From positions 11,720,001 to 11,784,000 of the forward strand of contig CM075990.1 of NCBI GenBank assembly GCA_038087875.1: DNA of 64,000 nt, written 5' to 3'. Origin of the DNA: Malacoraja senta. Lineage: Eukaryota. Positions 1 to 13,193 of the stretch are shown here, in pieces; within the stretch, counting starts at the first letter, position 1; the number at the start of each line of letters is the position of its first letter. The notes under the pieces were generated by a model. It saw only the letters and a list, made by a program, of their open reading frames with translations. It did no database searches and had not been told where the DNA came from. The position numbers were made by a program, and so were the translations under genes.

Positions 1-208
1 GTGGGTTATTAAATTAATTTGCCCCTGTAATTTAATGCTAGTGTGTAGATGATTAGTAAAATGGAGATGGGCCAGGGGGAGAGTGATGTTGATGGGAATG
101 TGGGGGAGAATAAAATGGATTAGGGTGGGATTAGTGAAAATGGGTGAATTCTGATCAGCAAAGATTCTGGTGACGGTCTATGTCTGCTGTGTCTCTCCGA
201 CTGGCTAA

Positions 209-522
209 AGGGCCTGCCTGTCCCACTGTACGAGCTAATTCAAGAGTTCTCCTGAGTTTTCCCCTGATTCGAACTCGGAGAATTACGGTAATAGCCGCTC
301 GTAGGTACTCGGGGCTCTCTTGGGCATTTTTCAACATGTTGAAAAATCTTCACGAGCTTACCGCATTTCCCGAGTACCTACCGTTAGCGTTACGAGCCGC
401 TAAGAGACGTCCCGAGCTCCGACGTACCCGCTACGTACATTCTACGTGCTTACCACGAGTTCGATTATTTTTTTTAAACTCGGGAGAGCTCTTCAATGAA
501 CTCGCACAGTGGGACAGTCCCT
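209..522. mobile_element. Harbinger/PIF-like MITE
   Basis: TIR AGGGCC(tgcc)TGTCCCACTGTACGAG ... CTCGCACAGTGGGACAGTCCCT, flanked by TAA on both sides. Confidence 0.8.
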
Positions 523-756
523 TAAATCTGCTTGTGCAGTCAGGAAGGAAGATAGAATACAGCGTAAGCAACAAGGAACTATTTACAACCTACAACTACA
601 TGGTCAATTTTTAGAGTGGCAATTACAGTACATAAATCAGAAATGATTCCTGATGAGTGACTTTTTAATTGATGCAATTACAAGCATGCAGTAGAACTCT
701 TTTCCTCTAATTTGTGTCTCTGGCTTTGGCATGTTAAGTCTGGCCTTGCAAAGCCC

Positions 757-943
757 CTCCTTGAGCATCCAGGAGCGGCAAAGACTGCAAAAGGTTGTAA
801 GCACTGCCCAGTCCATCATCGGCTCTGACCTCCCTACCATCGAGGGGATCTATCGCAGTCGCTGCCTCAAAAAGGCTGCCAGCATCATCAAGGACCCACA
901 CCATCCTGGCCACACACTCATCTCCCCGCTGCCCTCGGGTAGA
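757..943 (+). mobile_element. Rex1/Babar-type LINE, 3' fragment (left part)
   Basis: Translates as RQRLQKVVSTAQSIIGSDLPTIEGIYRSRCLKKAASIIKDPHHPGHTLISPLPSGR, a typical Rex1/Babar ORF C-terminus. Confidence 0.8.
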
Positions 944-949
944 CCCACA

Positions 950-1860
950 CCATGAATCTGCCCATGACCGTACTACGTCTTTTTCGTCGAGTGGGCTATC
1001 TTGCTTGCTATAAGATCTTTGGTTTTGACCCGAAATGTCACCTATGCCTTTTCTCCAGAGATGCTGCCACACCCGATGAGTCACTCCAGTGTATCTTTGG
1101 AGCATCTAGAATTGAGAGTAATATACTGGTGTGAAGGGACATTTGACTAAGGTATCAATAAATGGGTGATATTCATGTTGGCCGGTTGTGATTGTTGGGG
1201 TACCATGGTGAGCTGTGGTGTGAGTGGTTCACCATTACTATCAATGAGGGCACCAAGTGTCATATATCTAAATTTGATGATACCAAGCTGGATGGCAACA
1301 TAGGTCCTGAAGATGCATAGAGGCCATGAAGAGATATACTACATACAACCAAATTGAAAAAGCACATTATAGATGAATAGTAATATAGAAAAAATAGAAA
1401 GCAAAATATTTTAAATAGGAAAAATCAAAAGTTGTTACTTTTCAGAGAACCTTTTTGTGCATATCAACATTTCCACGCAGGTTTGAAAGTAATTAGGAAG
1501 GCAAATGGTATTGGCCTCTACTGCAAGAGGATTTAATGCAAGCATCCGAATACCTTGATGGAAATGTATAGGGGCCCTGATGATTCCTCATCTGGAATAT
1601 TGTCCTCTAAATAAGAGATTGCCTCGAGTACGGCCGCCACACAAAAGAAATGAAATATTTATGATATAGGAATGCAATGAAGGTTGTTGGGGTTAATGCC
1701 TGTGATGGGGTTGGGGAATATGGCCGACGAGGAGAAATTCAGCAGATGAGAGTTTTTATAGCAGTGGAGGCACAAGGATCTGCAGATGCTAGTTAATAAA
1801 CCAAGTCACTAAGTGCTGGAGTAACTCAGTGTGTCAGGCAACATATCTGGGGACATAGAT
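950..1860 (+). repeat. Duplicated segment, copy of 8457-9367
   Basis: Near-identical over ~910 bp; about ten substitutions seen by eye. Confidence 0.95.
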
Positions 1861-2206
1861 CATCAAGGACCCATACCATCCTGGCCACGCACTCATCTCC
1901 CCGCTGCCCTCAGTTAGAAGGTACAGGAGCCTGAAACCTGCAACATCCAGGTTCAGGAATAGCTACTTCCCCACAGCCATCAGACTATTAAACTCAACTC
2001 AAACAAAACTCTGATCATTAATAGCCCATTGCACTTTATCTGTTTATTTATGTGTGTATATATATTCATTGGTATATGGACACACTGATCAGTTCTGTTC
2101 TGTATTTATTTATGCCTACTTTTTTCTGTTGTGCTGAAGCAGAGCAAGTATTTCATTGTCCTATCTGGGACACATGACAATAAACTCTCTTGAATCTTGA
2201 ATCTTG
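1859..2206 (+). mobile_element. Rex1/Babar-type LINE 3' end (right part)
   Basis: IIKDPYHPGHALISPLPSVRRYRSLKPATSRFRNSYFPTAIRLLN, then 3' UTR, AATAAA and (TCTTGAA)n tail. Confidence 0.8.
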
Positions 2207-2314
2207 GTCCCCATCTTTTAATTATCCTGTCCTGCCAAATCATCTCCTTAATATAGATATAGAGATGCAGCGAAAGGTTCTTGAAGCTAAGGTGAGAAGT
2301 GAAGGAATGAACAG

Positions 2315-2595
2315 TTTAGTTTAGAGATGCAGCATGGAAACAGGCCCTTTGTCCCACAAGTCCACGCCGGCCAACAATCACCCCGTACACTAGTTCTATC
2401 CTGCAGACCAGGGATAATTTACAGAAGCCAATTGACCTACAAACCTGTACGTCTGTGGGAGGAATCTGGAGCACCCAGAGAAAACCCACACAGTCACACA
2501 TGCAAACTCTCTGCAGACAGCACCTGTAGTCAGGATCGAACCTAGATCGCTGGCGCTGTAAGGCAGCAACTCTACCACTGCGCCACTGTGCCGTC
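2315..2595 (-). mobile_element. tRNA-derived V-SINE (HE1-like)
   Basis: A/B-box head, V-domain, CR1-like tail ending in (CTAAA)n. Confidence 0.85.
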
Positions 2596-2999
2596 CCCAT
2601 TGTTTTCCTTCCCAGCAGGTCTCCAGCCCCCAACTAGATAGATAGAGACTATTAGAAAAGTGTTGTTTCATGGTAACTTACTAGAGGACCTTACTCTGTG
2701 ATTCAGTTGACCATGTCTGGCATTTATATCACTGGTTTCACAATCGCTAAATGACCCAAATCACTTTGGAAGTATAGTTACTGCTGCATGAAGGAACGAA
2801 TAAGTAATTCATTGTCACATGTCACGAGTCACGGTGAAATTCTTTGTTTTACATACTCGGGGTATGCAAAGAGTTACCACATACCACATAAAGGGCATTG
2901 ACAGAGTTTCAAATTATCTCACGCCAGGTCCTTTGTTCTACCCCCTCCCTCCCGACGGCTCCTCCTCTGTGCATCTAAGCTGTGCACAGTGAGATTCCA

Positions 3000-3240
3000 C
3001 GAGCGACATTTTTTTATTTTGCATTGTTAATTAATAACAAATATCAGCCAGGGACTACTCTCTTGGTCCTCGTACAAAAGCCTCCTTGGGTTGAGAGAAA
3101 CCTGGTATTAACGCCTTGTGGAAGATGGTGCTTCTGATCGAGTTTGGCCCTCCCTCAGTCTTGCTCTGGAGTGTCAGCCTCAATCTTTGTGCTGAAACCT
3201 CCTGAATCCAAGATTCTCTGACTCGTAAACCAGAGCATCA
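3000..3240 (-). mobile_element. Ancient DeuSINE (SacSINE1/AmnSINE1-like) relic
   Basis: CCCTCAGTCTTGCTCTGGAGTGTCAGCCT resembles the reverse complement of the remembered consensus. Similar relics near 4860-4975, 5560-5730, 15760-15980, 16830-17030, 35340-35590 and 52700-52820. Confidence 0.5.
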
Positions 3241-3425
3241 CAACCTTCAAGAGAAATGTCTTTGGCCAAAATTATTAGCATGGAACTTGCACACAGAGTA
3301 GTGGGGGTAAACACCAGTAATGCGTTACGATGGAGGCTGGAGCAAGGAGTGGAAGGGCTGCAGTATATCAATGGGGGAAGTGGAGCTAAATAGTGGGAGG
3401 ATATTTGTGTGGAACAATAACATTC

Positions 3426-3733
3426 GGGCAGTCATGGTGGCGCAGCGGTAGAGTTGCCGCCTTACAGCGAATGCAGCGCCGGAGACCCGGTTTCGATCCT
3501 GACTACGGGTGCTGTCCGTACGGAGTTTGTACGTTCTCCCCGTGACCTGCGTGGGTTTTCGGTTTCCTCCCACACTCCAAAGACGTACAGGTTTGCAGGT
3601 TAACTGGCTTGGTAAATGTAAAAATTGTCCCTAGTGGGTGTAGGATAGTGTTAATGTGCGGGGATCGCTGGTCGGCGCGAACCCGGTGGGCCGAAGGGCC
3701 TGTTTCCGCGCTGTATCTCTAACTAAACTAAAC
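3426..3733 (+). mobile_element. Full-length V-SINE (HE1-like)
   Basis: TGGCGCAGCGG A box, GTTTCGATCC B box, V-domain GTACGTTCTCCCCGTGACCTGCGTGGGTTT, tail GGGCCGAAGGGCCTGTTTCCGCGCTGTATCTCTAA. Confidence 0.9.
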
Positions 3734-3994
3734 ATTGTCATGGGCTAGTTGGTGGGAATAGCTGTTACCTTGTTCATTCAAACATCAGCTTCTTTGAGCA
3801 TCAGATTAACTTGAAACATAGAATATAAAGAACACTTTGTTAATGGTGGGTGCTGATTAGGATTTGGAGATACAGCATGGGATTGGGCCATTTGTCCCAC
3901 TGTCAGAGTGACTTATTTACATAATCCTGATTTATTCTCCCCACATTACTGTTATATCCCTCAGATATCACCACCCTTTACACTTCACACTTTA

Positions 3995-4293
3995 TAGAGA
4001 TACAGCGTGGAAGCGGGGGTCTGTCGGCCCACCAAGTCCGCTCTCACCAGCACCCCACCACCCCACCACCCCACCACTATCCTACACGCTCAGGACAATT
4101 TACAAAATAAAAAATAACGTGCCTCCTTAACCTATAGACCTATACATCTTTGGAATGTGGGGGGAAACCAGAGCACCCAGAGAAAACCCACGCGGTCACA
4201 GGGAGAAAGGTGCCAACTCCATATAGATAGCACCCGTGGTCAGGATTGAACCTGGGTCTCTGGCACTGTGAGGCAACATCTCTACCAGCTGTG
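3995..4293 (-). mobile_element. V-SINE
   Basis: Reverse-complement match to the 3426-3733 family. Confidence 0.85.
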
Positions 4294-5023
4294 CTACTGT
4301 TGTTGCTGAGTAGAAAACCACTTCTTCCCTGTAGCTAAAACAACCAAAATTGGGTCCCTATTACCAGAGAGTTTCCTTATAAATACTGAAACACTTCCAC
4401 AACCTTCATGCAAATAGGAAAATGCCTTCCAAAGCTGAGCAGTGGTACTTTCGGGAGGAATATTATGAAATATAGCAGAGCTGTTTGTAATGAGAAAATG
4501 TATAAAAATATTTGCAGAATCTCGTTGGACTGTTCGAAATGTATTGATCCTGCACTGTCTGGGTGGGCTCCCCTGTTTCAAAGGGCCCCAGCTTGAAATC
4601 TTCTGCTGCTTAGTCCCAGCCTTGGTGTTTGACACAATGGGTCTGTAAACCATCAAAGGTTGGGTGAGGGAGCCCAGGATTAAGGAATAGACACTTCACA
4701 ATTCCTTGGTGAAAGGAAGCATTTTCTTCCTCATTATGCTTTTCAAATAAGATTATGGAAGATTTATGATCACTGCGGGCTAAGTAGATGTTGGATGTGC
4801 TCAGAGCAGAAAGGTGGAGTGCTTCTGCGCAAAAGACTTGCATTTGTACCTTGCATTTCACTCTAAGACATTACCACACTGTCAATTCAATACTTAACTT
4901 TTGAAGAGCCAGTGGTCTATTTGCACACAGCAATCTCCCACAAATAGCAGTGCCAAATTACATTTGTTCCAATTGGATTAAAAGCCAAAAAAGACTCAAT
5001 AAGTCCGCCAGTTCCTGTTGAAC

Positions 5024-5350
5024 TGGAGACACAAAGTACTGGGGTGACACAGCAGGTCCAGCAGCATCTCTGAGTAACATGGATAGGTGACCTGGACAGG
5101 AAGGAACTGCAGATGCTGGTTCAAACCGAAGATAGTGACAAAATGCTGGAGTAACTCAGAGGGACAGGCAGCATCTCTGGATAGAAGAAAGGGGTCACAC
5201 ATGGAAAGTTGACCTTTTGGGTTGGGATCTAAAGAAGGGTCCCACCCCAAATTATCACCCATCCAAGTTCTCTAGAGAGGCTGCCTGACCCACTGAGTCA
5301 CTCCAGTACTTTGTCTTTTTTTGTAAACCAGCAGCAGCAGTTCCTTGTTC
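5024..5350. mobile_element. Penelope terminal-repeat cluster in inverted arrangement
   Basis: GCTGGAGTAACTCAG..GGCAGCATCTCTGGA motifs in both orientations. Confidence 0.7.
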
Positions 5351-5756
5351 CTCTTTCTCTCTGAAAGAGAATCAGTTGTCATTTAAGCATGTTGGCAGGC
5401 TCTTCAATCTGAAACATTAACGGATTCTCTCCCTGTAGATGCTTCCTGACCCATTGATCATTCTGTTCTTATTTTAGATCTCCAGAACCTGCAGTTTGTT
5501 CACTTTTATTTTGTTTCAATTAGAGTGGTTAAAGATTAAATGTTGTCTACAAACCTCCACTAGAAAATGGTACTGTGGGATCTTTTGCATCCTAACATCT
5601 CTGGAAGGCAGCACCTTCTGCTGTACAGGACTCTCAGCAGCACCCCTCTGGGGCACTAGGCTGGATTTGTGCTAAATTCCATGCGATGAGACTGAAACCC
5701 ATAATCTTTCTCTTTGCAGATAAGATGGCTTCATGTTAAACAACAGCTGGGGTGAC

Positions 5757-6135
5757 AATAGACAATAGACAATAGGTGCAGGAGTAGGCCATTTGGCCCT
5801 TCGAGCCAGCACCGCCATTCAATGTGATCATGGCTGATCATCCCCAATCAGTACCCCGTTCCTGCCTTCTCCCCATATCCCCTGACTCCACTATTTTTAA
5901 GAGCCCTATCTAGCTCTCTCTCTTGAAAGCATCCAGAGAACCTGCCTCCACCAACCTCTGAGGCATTTGGTGGTTGGAGTATTTTTGCCAACCAGATCAT
6001 TGTCATAAGATCGTAAGTGATAGGAGGAGAATTAAGCCATTCAACCCATTGTCTACTCCGCCATTCATTCATGGCTGATCCATCTCTCCCTCCTAGCCCC
6101 ATTATTCTGCCTTCTCGCCATGACCCCTGACCCCC
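5757..6135 (-). mobile_element. Two CR1 LINE 3' ends
   Basis: FQERELDRALKNSGVRGYGEKAGTGY, CR1 3' UTR and (CTATTGT)n tail. Confidence 0.8.
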
Positions 6136-6798
6136 ATAATTGTGGGACTACATCAGCGGGGACTACAATAGCTGAGTGCCCGATCATCTGATTTCTAAGC
6201 AGTAAGGCTACAAAGTGGCCACATATCCTTGCAGTGACAAGATAAGATTTGCCACCAGCAGGCACAGGCTAGCTTAATTGCCGGTTACAAAATACTTTAT
6301 CTGATCACGATTGTTTTTGCTCCAGCTCTCACTGGACAATTACCACGGCTTTTAAGGCTTAATTTCCATGGCCTGCAGAAGCAGGAACAAAAGAAACCGA
6401 GAGAAGCAAAGACGGCTGTCTGCTGCAAAGTAGTGGGATGGGTGAGGGAGATAGGATCTAGGAGGTTGGAATGGGGTTACTGCCTGTCGGGAGGTGGGAT
6501 AGCGGGCATGAGAGGGAGGTGCAGATGGTTCAGGATTTAGATGGAATTGGACACTTATACCCTGAGCTAGAAAATCAAAACAGACATTGCTGGAGAAACC
6601 CAACAAGTCAGCCAGAATCTCTGGAGAATATGAGTAGGTGACATGTTCAGACAGCATAAAGCCTGGCAAGTGATAGGTGTAAACATGGAACTGCTAATGC
6701 AGGTTTACAAAAAGGGACACAAAGTACTGAAGTACCTCAATGGGTCAAGCAGTAACTCTGGAGAACATGGATAGGTGAGGTTTTGGGTTGGGATGCTT

Positions 6799-7052
6799 TT
6801 AGAGATACAGCGCGGAAACGGGCCCTTCGGCCAACCGAGTCTGCGCCGACCACTATCTCCCGCATCTTAACACTATCCTACACACACTGGGGACAATCTT
6901 TACATTTCCCAAGCCAATTAACCTACAAACCTGTACGTCTTTGGAGCGTGGAAGGAAACCGAAGATCTCGGAGAAAACCCATGCAGGGGACGGGGAGATC
7001 ATAGAAAGTCCGTACAGACAGCACCCGTAGACGGGATCGAACCTGGGTCTCC
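6799..7052 (-). mobile_element. V-SINE
   Basis: Family match. Confidence 0.85.
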
Positions 7053-8120
7053 AACTCTGTAATGACCGTTCCGAAGAGTCTAAAGCAGGGTCCTGACCCG
7101 AAGCCTCTCTTATCCATTTTCTTTAGGGATGTTGCCTGACCCACTGAGTTACTCCTGTGATTTGTATCCTTTTAGGTGGATACAGATGTGGGGAGGGGGG
7201 GGGGGTGTTGACTGGCACGGAGTTCGACAAAAGCCATGGATAAAAAGACCAAAGGTGTGAGACAAGAATAGAAGAGGTGTCAATTGTGAAGCCAGAGGAA
7301 AGGAGAATGGTCTCAACTCAATGTCCCCTATTAATGCTCTCCAGAGATATTGCTTGACTCGCTGAGTTACTCCAGCACTTTGTGAGTTTATTGTAAACCA
7401 GCATCTCCAGTTTCTTGTAACTCGGTGAGAAAAATCAAAAGCTGTCTAATGCTGCAGCCTTCGGGTGAATGGTGCCTGAATGAAGGCTGGTCTGGGTTTC
7501 TGGTGACGGAAGCCTGGAGGATAGGGAAGGGCATTGTGGAATGAAAGCTGGGGATTTGCCTGATAGGCATCAGTCTTTAAATGTCAGGTTTGAGAAAGGA
7601 GCAGGAAAGGACCTTGCAAATAAAGCTCAGTCACTGCTGCTGTCTGATCATATTTGATGCACAAGGCATGTTTGACATGATTACCCTTGAATGTGGCCAT
7701 GTCTTTGTACACAGCAGAGGGTGTGGGACATCAAATCTGATAGGGCTTCCTGTCCCAAGTGAATTTTAAATAACAAACGAGGTCTCTGATCAGCTTGTAT
7801 CAGATTTCTCTCTAACTTGTTTCTGCCACTATTCTGTTCACTTCATTTATTGTTTCGGATTGAATGCGTTTCCGATTCTACTTGGTTGCGCAAGTTCCCT
7901 GTTGATTTGCGAATATTTTTTAGTTGCCTTGTGGAGTTAGCAGCGCTCGTTTCTGAATAATTTACGGACTGGAATAGTTGCATTTGTGCTTCAGTTTTTA
8001 TTTGTTAGCTGACAAGTGACAAGAAATTATAAACAAACTTGGAGCCTCTCGGAAGGAACTGCAGATGTTGGATTAATCCGAAGATGGACACACAAAGCTG
8101 AAGTCTGAAGAAGGGTTTGG

Positions 8121-8530
8121 ACCAAAGATCCTATAGCGGAGCAAGATAGACCACTCCTGCTAAATGCAATGGGCTGACGTGTAGTACGCAACGGAGTGGA
8201 ACGTGGGCCTTTTTTTCATCCATTTCAGTAACCCGACCTGACCCGACCCGACTCGCAGTGTAATCAACGTTGCGGGGGAACAGTTTGTGTTAATAAATTA
8301 TAATTCTGAAAATGAGAAGATTTTTACCAAATAACTTTTATTTTTACGAGGATGTTTCCGTAACCGGCTTCCGTCTCTGCACTAGTATCTTTGCTCCGCT
8401 ATGGGATCTTTGGTGCGGAGACGGAAGCCGGTTACGGAAATGGGGCTGAAAATTACCCATGAATCTGCCCATGACCGTACTACGTCTTTTTCATCGAGTG
8501 GGCTATCTTGCTTGCTATAGGATCTTTGGT
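8121..8530. mobile_element. Unclassified MITE with ~36-bp TIRs, inserted in a Penelope repeat
   Basis: ACCAAAGATCCTATAGCGGAGCAAGATAGACCACTC ... GAGTGGGCTATCTTGCTTGCTATAGGATCTTTGGT; splits CTGAAGAAGGGT|..GACCCGAAA. Confidence 0.8.
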
Positions 8531-9367
8531 TTTGACCCGAAATGTCACCTATGCCTTTTCTCCAGAGATGCTGCCACACCCGATGAGTCACTTCAGTGTA
8601 TCTTTGGAGCATCTAGGATTGAGAGTAATATACTGGTGTGAAGGGACATTTGACTAAGGTATCAATAAATGGGTGATATTCATGTTGGCCGGTTGTGATT
8701 GTTGGGGTACCATGGTGAGCTGTGGTGTGAGTGGTTCACGATTACTATCAATGAGGGCACCAAGTGTCATATATCTAAATTTGATGATACCAAGCTGGAT
8801 GGCAACATAGGTCCTGAAGATGCATAGAGGCCATGAAGAAATATACTACATACAACCAAATTGAAAAAGCACATTATAGATGAATAGTAATATAGAAAAA
8901 ATAGAAAGCAAAATATTTTAAATAGGAAAAATCAAAAGTTGTTACTTTTCAGAGAACCTTTTTGTGCATATCAACATTTCCACGCAGGTTTGAAAGTAAT
9001 TAGGGAGGCAAATGGTATTGGCCTCTACTGCAAGAGGATTTAATGCAAGCATCCGAATACCTTGATGGAAATGTATAGGGGCCCTGATGATTCCTCATCT
9101 GGAATATTGTCCTCTAAATAAGTGATTGCCTCGAGTACGGCCGCCACACAAAAGAAATGAAATATTTATGATATAGGAATGCAATGAAGGTTGTTGGGGT
9201 TAATGCCTGTGATGGGGTTGGGGAATATGGCCGACGATGAGAAATTCAGCAGATGAGAGTTTTTATAGCAGTGGAGGCACAAGGATCTGCAGATGCTAGT
9301 TAATAAACCAAGTCACTAAGTGCTGGAGTAACTCAGTGTGTCAGGCAACATATCTGGGGACATGGAT
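8457..9367 (+). repeat. Donor copy of the duplicated segment; includes a decayed CR1 RT fragment
   Basis: Matches 950-1860; TCTAAATTTGATGATACCAAGCTGGATGG is a decayed SKFADDTKLGG motif. Confidence 0.9.
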
Positions 9368-9918
9368 AGGTGATGTTTTGGGTTGGGACAGTCTGAAGAT
9401 GGGTCCCAACAAAACAGTCTCCTATCCATGTTCTCCAGAGATGCTGTCTGACCCGAGTTGTTCCAGCACTTAATGCAATTTTTAAATAGCATTGAAGGTG
9501 GTGACACTGAAAGATAAGTGAGAAATGGTGCAAATCTAGAATGAAGACAGCTGGTTCCAGAGCTTAGAGGACGAACGCTGGTGACCTAGCTCTACTTGTT
9601 TGGGATGGGGGTGGCGAGAGTTGGTTGAAGTTTGGAAGCGGCTTCAGATTTAATTTAAGGTTAAGTTCATAAGTGATGGGAGCCGAATTGGGCCATACGG
9701 CCCATCGAGTCTACCCCGCCATTCAATCATGGCTGATCTATCTTTCGCTCCTAACCCTATTCTCCTGCCTTCTCTGCATAGCCCCTGACACCAGTATCGG
9801 GCAGGGCAGATTGGTTGTATGATTTGATGGCTGCTGCTGGCGGACAGATGGACTGTCCACTGCAGACGCAACGTCACAGGACAGGCGTGATGGACTTCCT
9901 CACCGCTTTACTTGCCCG

Positions 9919-10140
9919 TCAATGTTGCGAGTTAGTGCTCCTGCCCCGACCCAGATCCCAGCCCCACTCCCATGTCGGGCGGGAAGTGGAAACCATTTCC
10001 CAGCATGCGAGCATCAGCAGGCCCTTCAACAGTTCCTGGGCTCTGAGTTTGTGAGAGCAGCTTGAGATTGCCATCATGTCATAGAACAGATTTTCTTTAT
10101 GACAAGGATGAAATGATGGAAATAAATTCCGTGTCTTCGA
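9919..10140 (-). other. Candidate exon (speculative)
   Basis: Acceptor ttttcttttccaatctgcag followed by 73 open codons and a stop; no recognisable homology. Confidence 0.15.
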
Positions 10141-11654
10141 CTGCAGATTGGAAAAGAAAACTCCCAAGTTGTTGCAGTGTGGAGCTCTCTTGCAACAAAA
10201 TACAGACATTTTCCAGATTTGTTACTAAGCTGGGTTTTTATTTAGCTTTGTGTCATTAAGATAGTTGTATCACCACCAGGAGACCTTGAGGTCATAAAGT
10301 AAATATGCCGCTGAGCAGCTCTCAATGCAGTAATGTTGTATTTGAATGGTGACAGTAGTGAATAGTGGGAGAGGGATGCTCGATCTGGAGAGTTGAATTT
10401 CCTCCTTTGGCAGAGAAGTTGCTTTAATAAGAAAAGCGAAAGGAAAGCAAGTGGTATGTGCCCACAGATGTAGAGGTAGTGTCGATTAATTGGTCAAATG
10501 CACACATTTACTGCTTCACGAGCTGGTCCTTTATCTTGCTAGTTTGTGCCCATGCTCACATCTCCAACTCATGACTGTAAAATGTAAACAGGTATAAACT
10601 GGCTAGGATATCTGCATTGTATGGCTGGACTTGGTTGATCATACAACCTCATGGCAACTGAGAGTTGAGATGAATGACGTTTGCCAACCTTTCTACATGT
10701 TCTGTGACTGATCTTGGAGCGTTATAGAATGTGCCATTCAGCACGGGAAACAGGCCCTTCAGTCCTACTTGCCCATGCGACCAAGATGACCCATCGGCCC
10801 GAAACGTTGCCTATTTCCTTCGCTCCATAGATGCTGCTGCACCCGCTGAGTTTCCCCAGCACTTTTGTCTACCTAGGCTTTTTGAAGTGTTTCCTCAGCA
10901 CCACTTTCACAGCCACCCTGGTTCACCGGCAATGACGCACATGGTTCACCAGAGAACCTGCGGTCCAGGAGTACAGGAGCAAGATAGATTAAGGCAGGTC
11001 GAGAGGATGAGAAGCAAAAGATGCCCGGTAAGATTTTAGACCAGATATAGTGCACCGAACAGGTACAATAGGTGCCTGGTAGTGAGTTAGAAGCAGAATA
11101 AATGATACCCAAAGTGAATTAACAAACTGTAATTTGATCACTGACAGGATAAGATGACATATAATGTTGAAGGGACCTGCAAGCACTTTGTAAATTGTCA
11201 GCCTCCAAAGAGCCCACTGTGTAACGTGTCGCAAAAAGGCTGTCTCTCCACACAGTGCGAATCATTGAAAGAGGTACCTATCAGATTCAGGCCTGAAGGC
11301 CAAACAGATCCAAAGAAAATATGAGAATCCCAACCCCACCAACTTAATCGGGTTAATTTTAAGGACAATACAACATTGATCAGGCTGGAGCCCCAGGCAG
11401 GAGAATGCCAAGCAAGGCACTTGATTTTTTTCAAGTAAAATCATTTCTTTAAGACGAGGGGCCTTAACTATAGAATATCCATCAAACAACCTGAAGGTGG
11501 TTTTGTGTGAAAGAAATTCCTTCACAAGAGAACAATATGAATGTGAATCATAGTTCCATAGTGAATGGTGGTGGTGAATAAAAGAGGAGGATGGAAGTGA
11601 AAGAATTAGGAAGAGGACTGCCCGATCAGGACAGAGGAAGAGGTTTTTAGTGTT

Positions 11655-11937
11655 TGTGATACAATGTGGAAACAGGTCCCAAGGCCCTCCGAGTTTGTGC
11701 CAACCAGCGATCACCCAACACACTCGCACTATCCTACACACGAGAGACAATTCATAGAAGCTGATTAAGATACAAACCTAAATATCTTTGTAATGCAAGG
11801 GGAAACCGGAGCACCCGGAGAAAGCCATGTAGCCACAGGGAGAACCTAGAAACTGTACAGACAAGAGTCTCTTGTCTGAAGCCAGGTCTCTGGTGCTGTA
11901 AGGAAGCAACACTACGGTTGTGACACTGTGCCGCCCT
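11655..11937 (-). mobile_element. V-SINE (diverged)
   Basis: Family match. Confidence 0.75.
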
Positions 11938-12504
11938 GTGTGGAAGATGGCTTGGGCTCAGTGTTGAGCTGCTTGACTGAAAACCCTGCTCCAATAAAGT
12001 ATTTAGTTCTGAAGCCGTCTGAAATAAAGTCCGGTCAAGGATAGTCCGAGGGTCATCAGAGGTAGATAGTAGTTCAGCACTGCTCTCTGGTTGTGGTAGT
12101 AGGATGATTCAGTCGCCAGATAGCAGCTGGGAAGAAACTGTCCCTGAATCTGGTGGCGTGGCAGTAGACGGCCACATTCTGGGTTAGTGTGCCTCGCCTG
12201 CCTCTGAGCCGCTGGTCAGAACTGCTGAGAAGGGTGGAGAAGCAGGGGGCATGGAAAGCAAAGGGAAGTGTGCGGAAGCCAGCCGAGGATGGGTTCATCC
12301 ATTCTCTGAGATGTCTCCCTTCTAAACATTTGCTTCCTAGTGTGTGTGTTTTTTTTGCACAAGCCTCTGAATGCTAGTCTTTAACTCTGGCATAACTGGG
12401 CTCCAGAGTTTTCACTATAAACATCAGCTTCTGCAGCGTTTACCTTGGGATACTGTCAGTGAGAACCTTTGGTGCAGAGTGCACATCTGCACCTTGTGAA
12501 GTGG

Positions 12505-12690
12505 TGTAGGAAGGAACTGCAGATGCTGTTTTAAACCGAAGATAGACTCAAAAAGCGGAATAACTCGGCGGGACAGGCAGCATCCCTGGTGAGAAGGAAT
12601 GGGTGACATTTTGGGTTGGGATGGGTCTCATTCCTTCTCTCCAGAGATGCTGCCTGTCCTGCTGAGTTACTCCAGCTTTTAGTGTCTATC
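12505..12690. mobile_element. Penelope terminal-repeat foldback
   Basis: Inverted arms ACTCGGCGGGACAGGCAGCATC / GATGCTGCCTGTCCTGCTGAGT. Confidence 0.75.
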
Positions 12691-12918
12691 CTTATGAAGT
12701 AGTTCCTGCTCAGCCAGACTAAGTGTTCTGACTGCCTTTTCCCACTATTGTTCCTTTTAATATGTAGCACCGTTGGAAAAACTTGACTGATTAAACACTT
12801 CACACATCTGTAAGACAGGATGTTCAGATATTAGCTCAATTATTTTTTTCTCTCAGCCCTCTGAGTTGTACGTTTGGTTCACATATCCAGGCATGACTGG
12901 TGAGCATTCCCGCCCTAA

Positions 12919-13150
12919 AGGGCTTGTCCCACTGTACGAGGTAATTCTCCCGAGTTTTCCCCTGATTCGAACTCGGAGAATGTCCGTAGGAGTTTGTGGA
13001 TGTCTCGTAGCGGCTCGTACGAGTAAAAAGTAACCGTTTTTTTCATCACGAGTATTTTTTTACTCGTGGACATTTTTCACAGTGTTGAAAAAACATCACG
13101 AGTTTACCGGATTGCCAGAGTACCTACCGTTAGCATTACGAGCCGCTACG
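12919..13150. mobile_element. Truncated Harbinger-like MITE
   Basis: Left TIR TAA|AGGGCTTGTCCCACTGTACGAG; same subfamily as 209-522; right TIR missing. Confidence 0.7.
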
Positions 13151-13193
13151 ATTGAGGAATGGATCAAGCGGTGCTCTCCCCACCTGAAGGGCG

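Noticed and set aside
180..614. 144-aa ORF
   Set aside because: Spans a MITE
3426..3510. tRNA-like sequence
   Set aside because: SINE head with A/B boxes continuing into the V-domain; no complete cloverleaf
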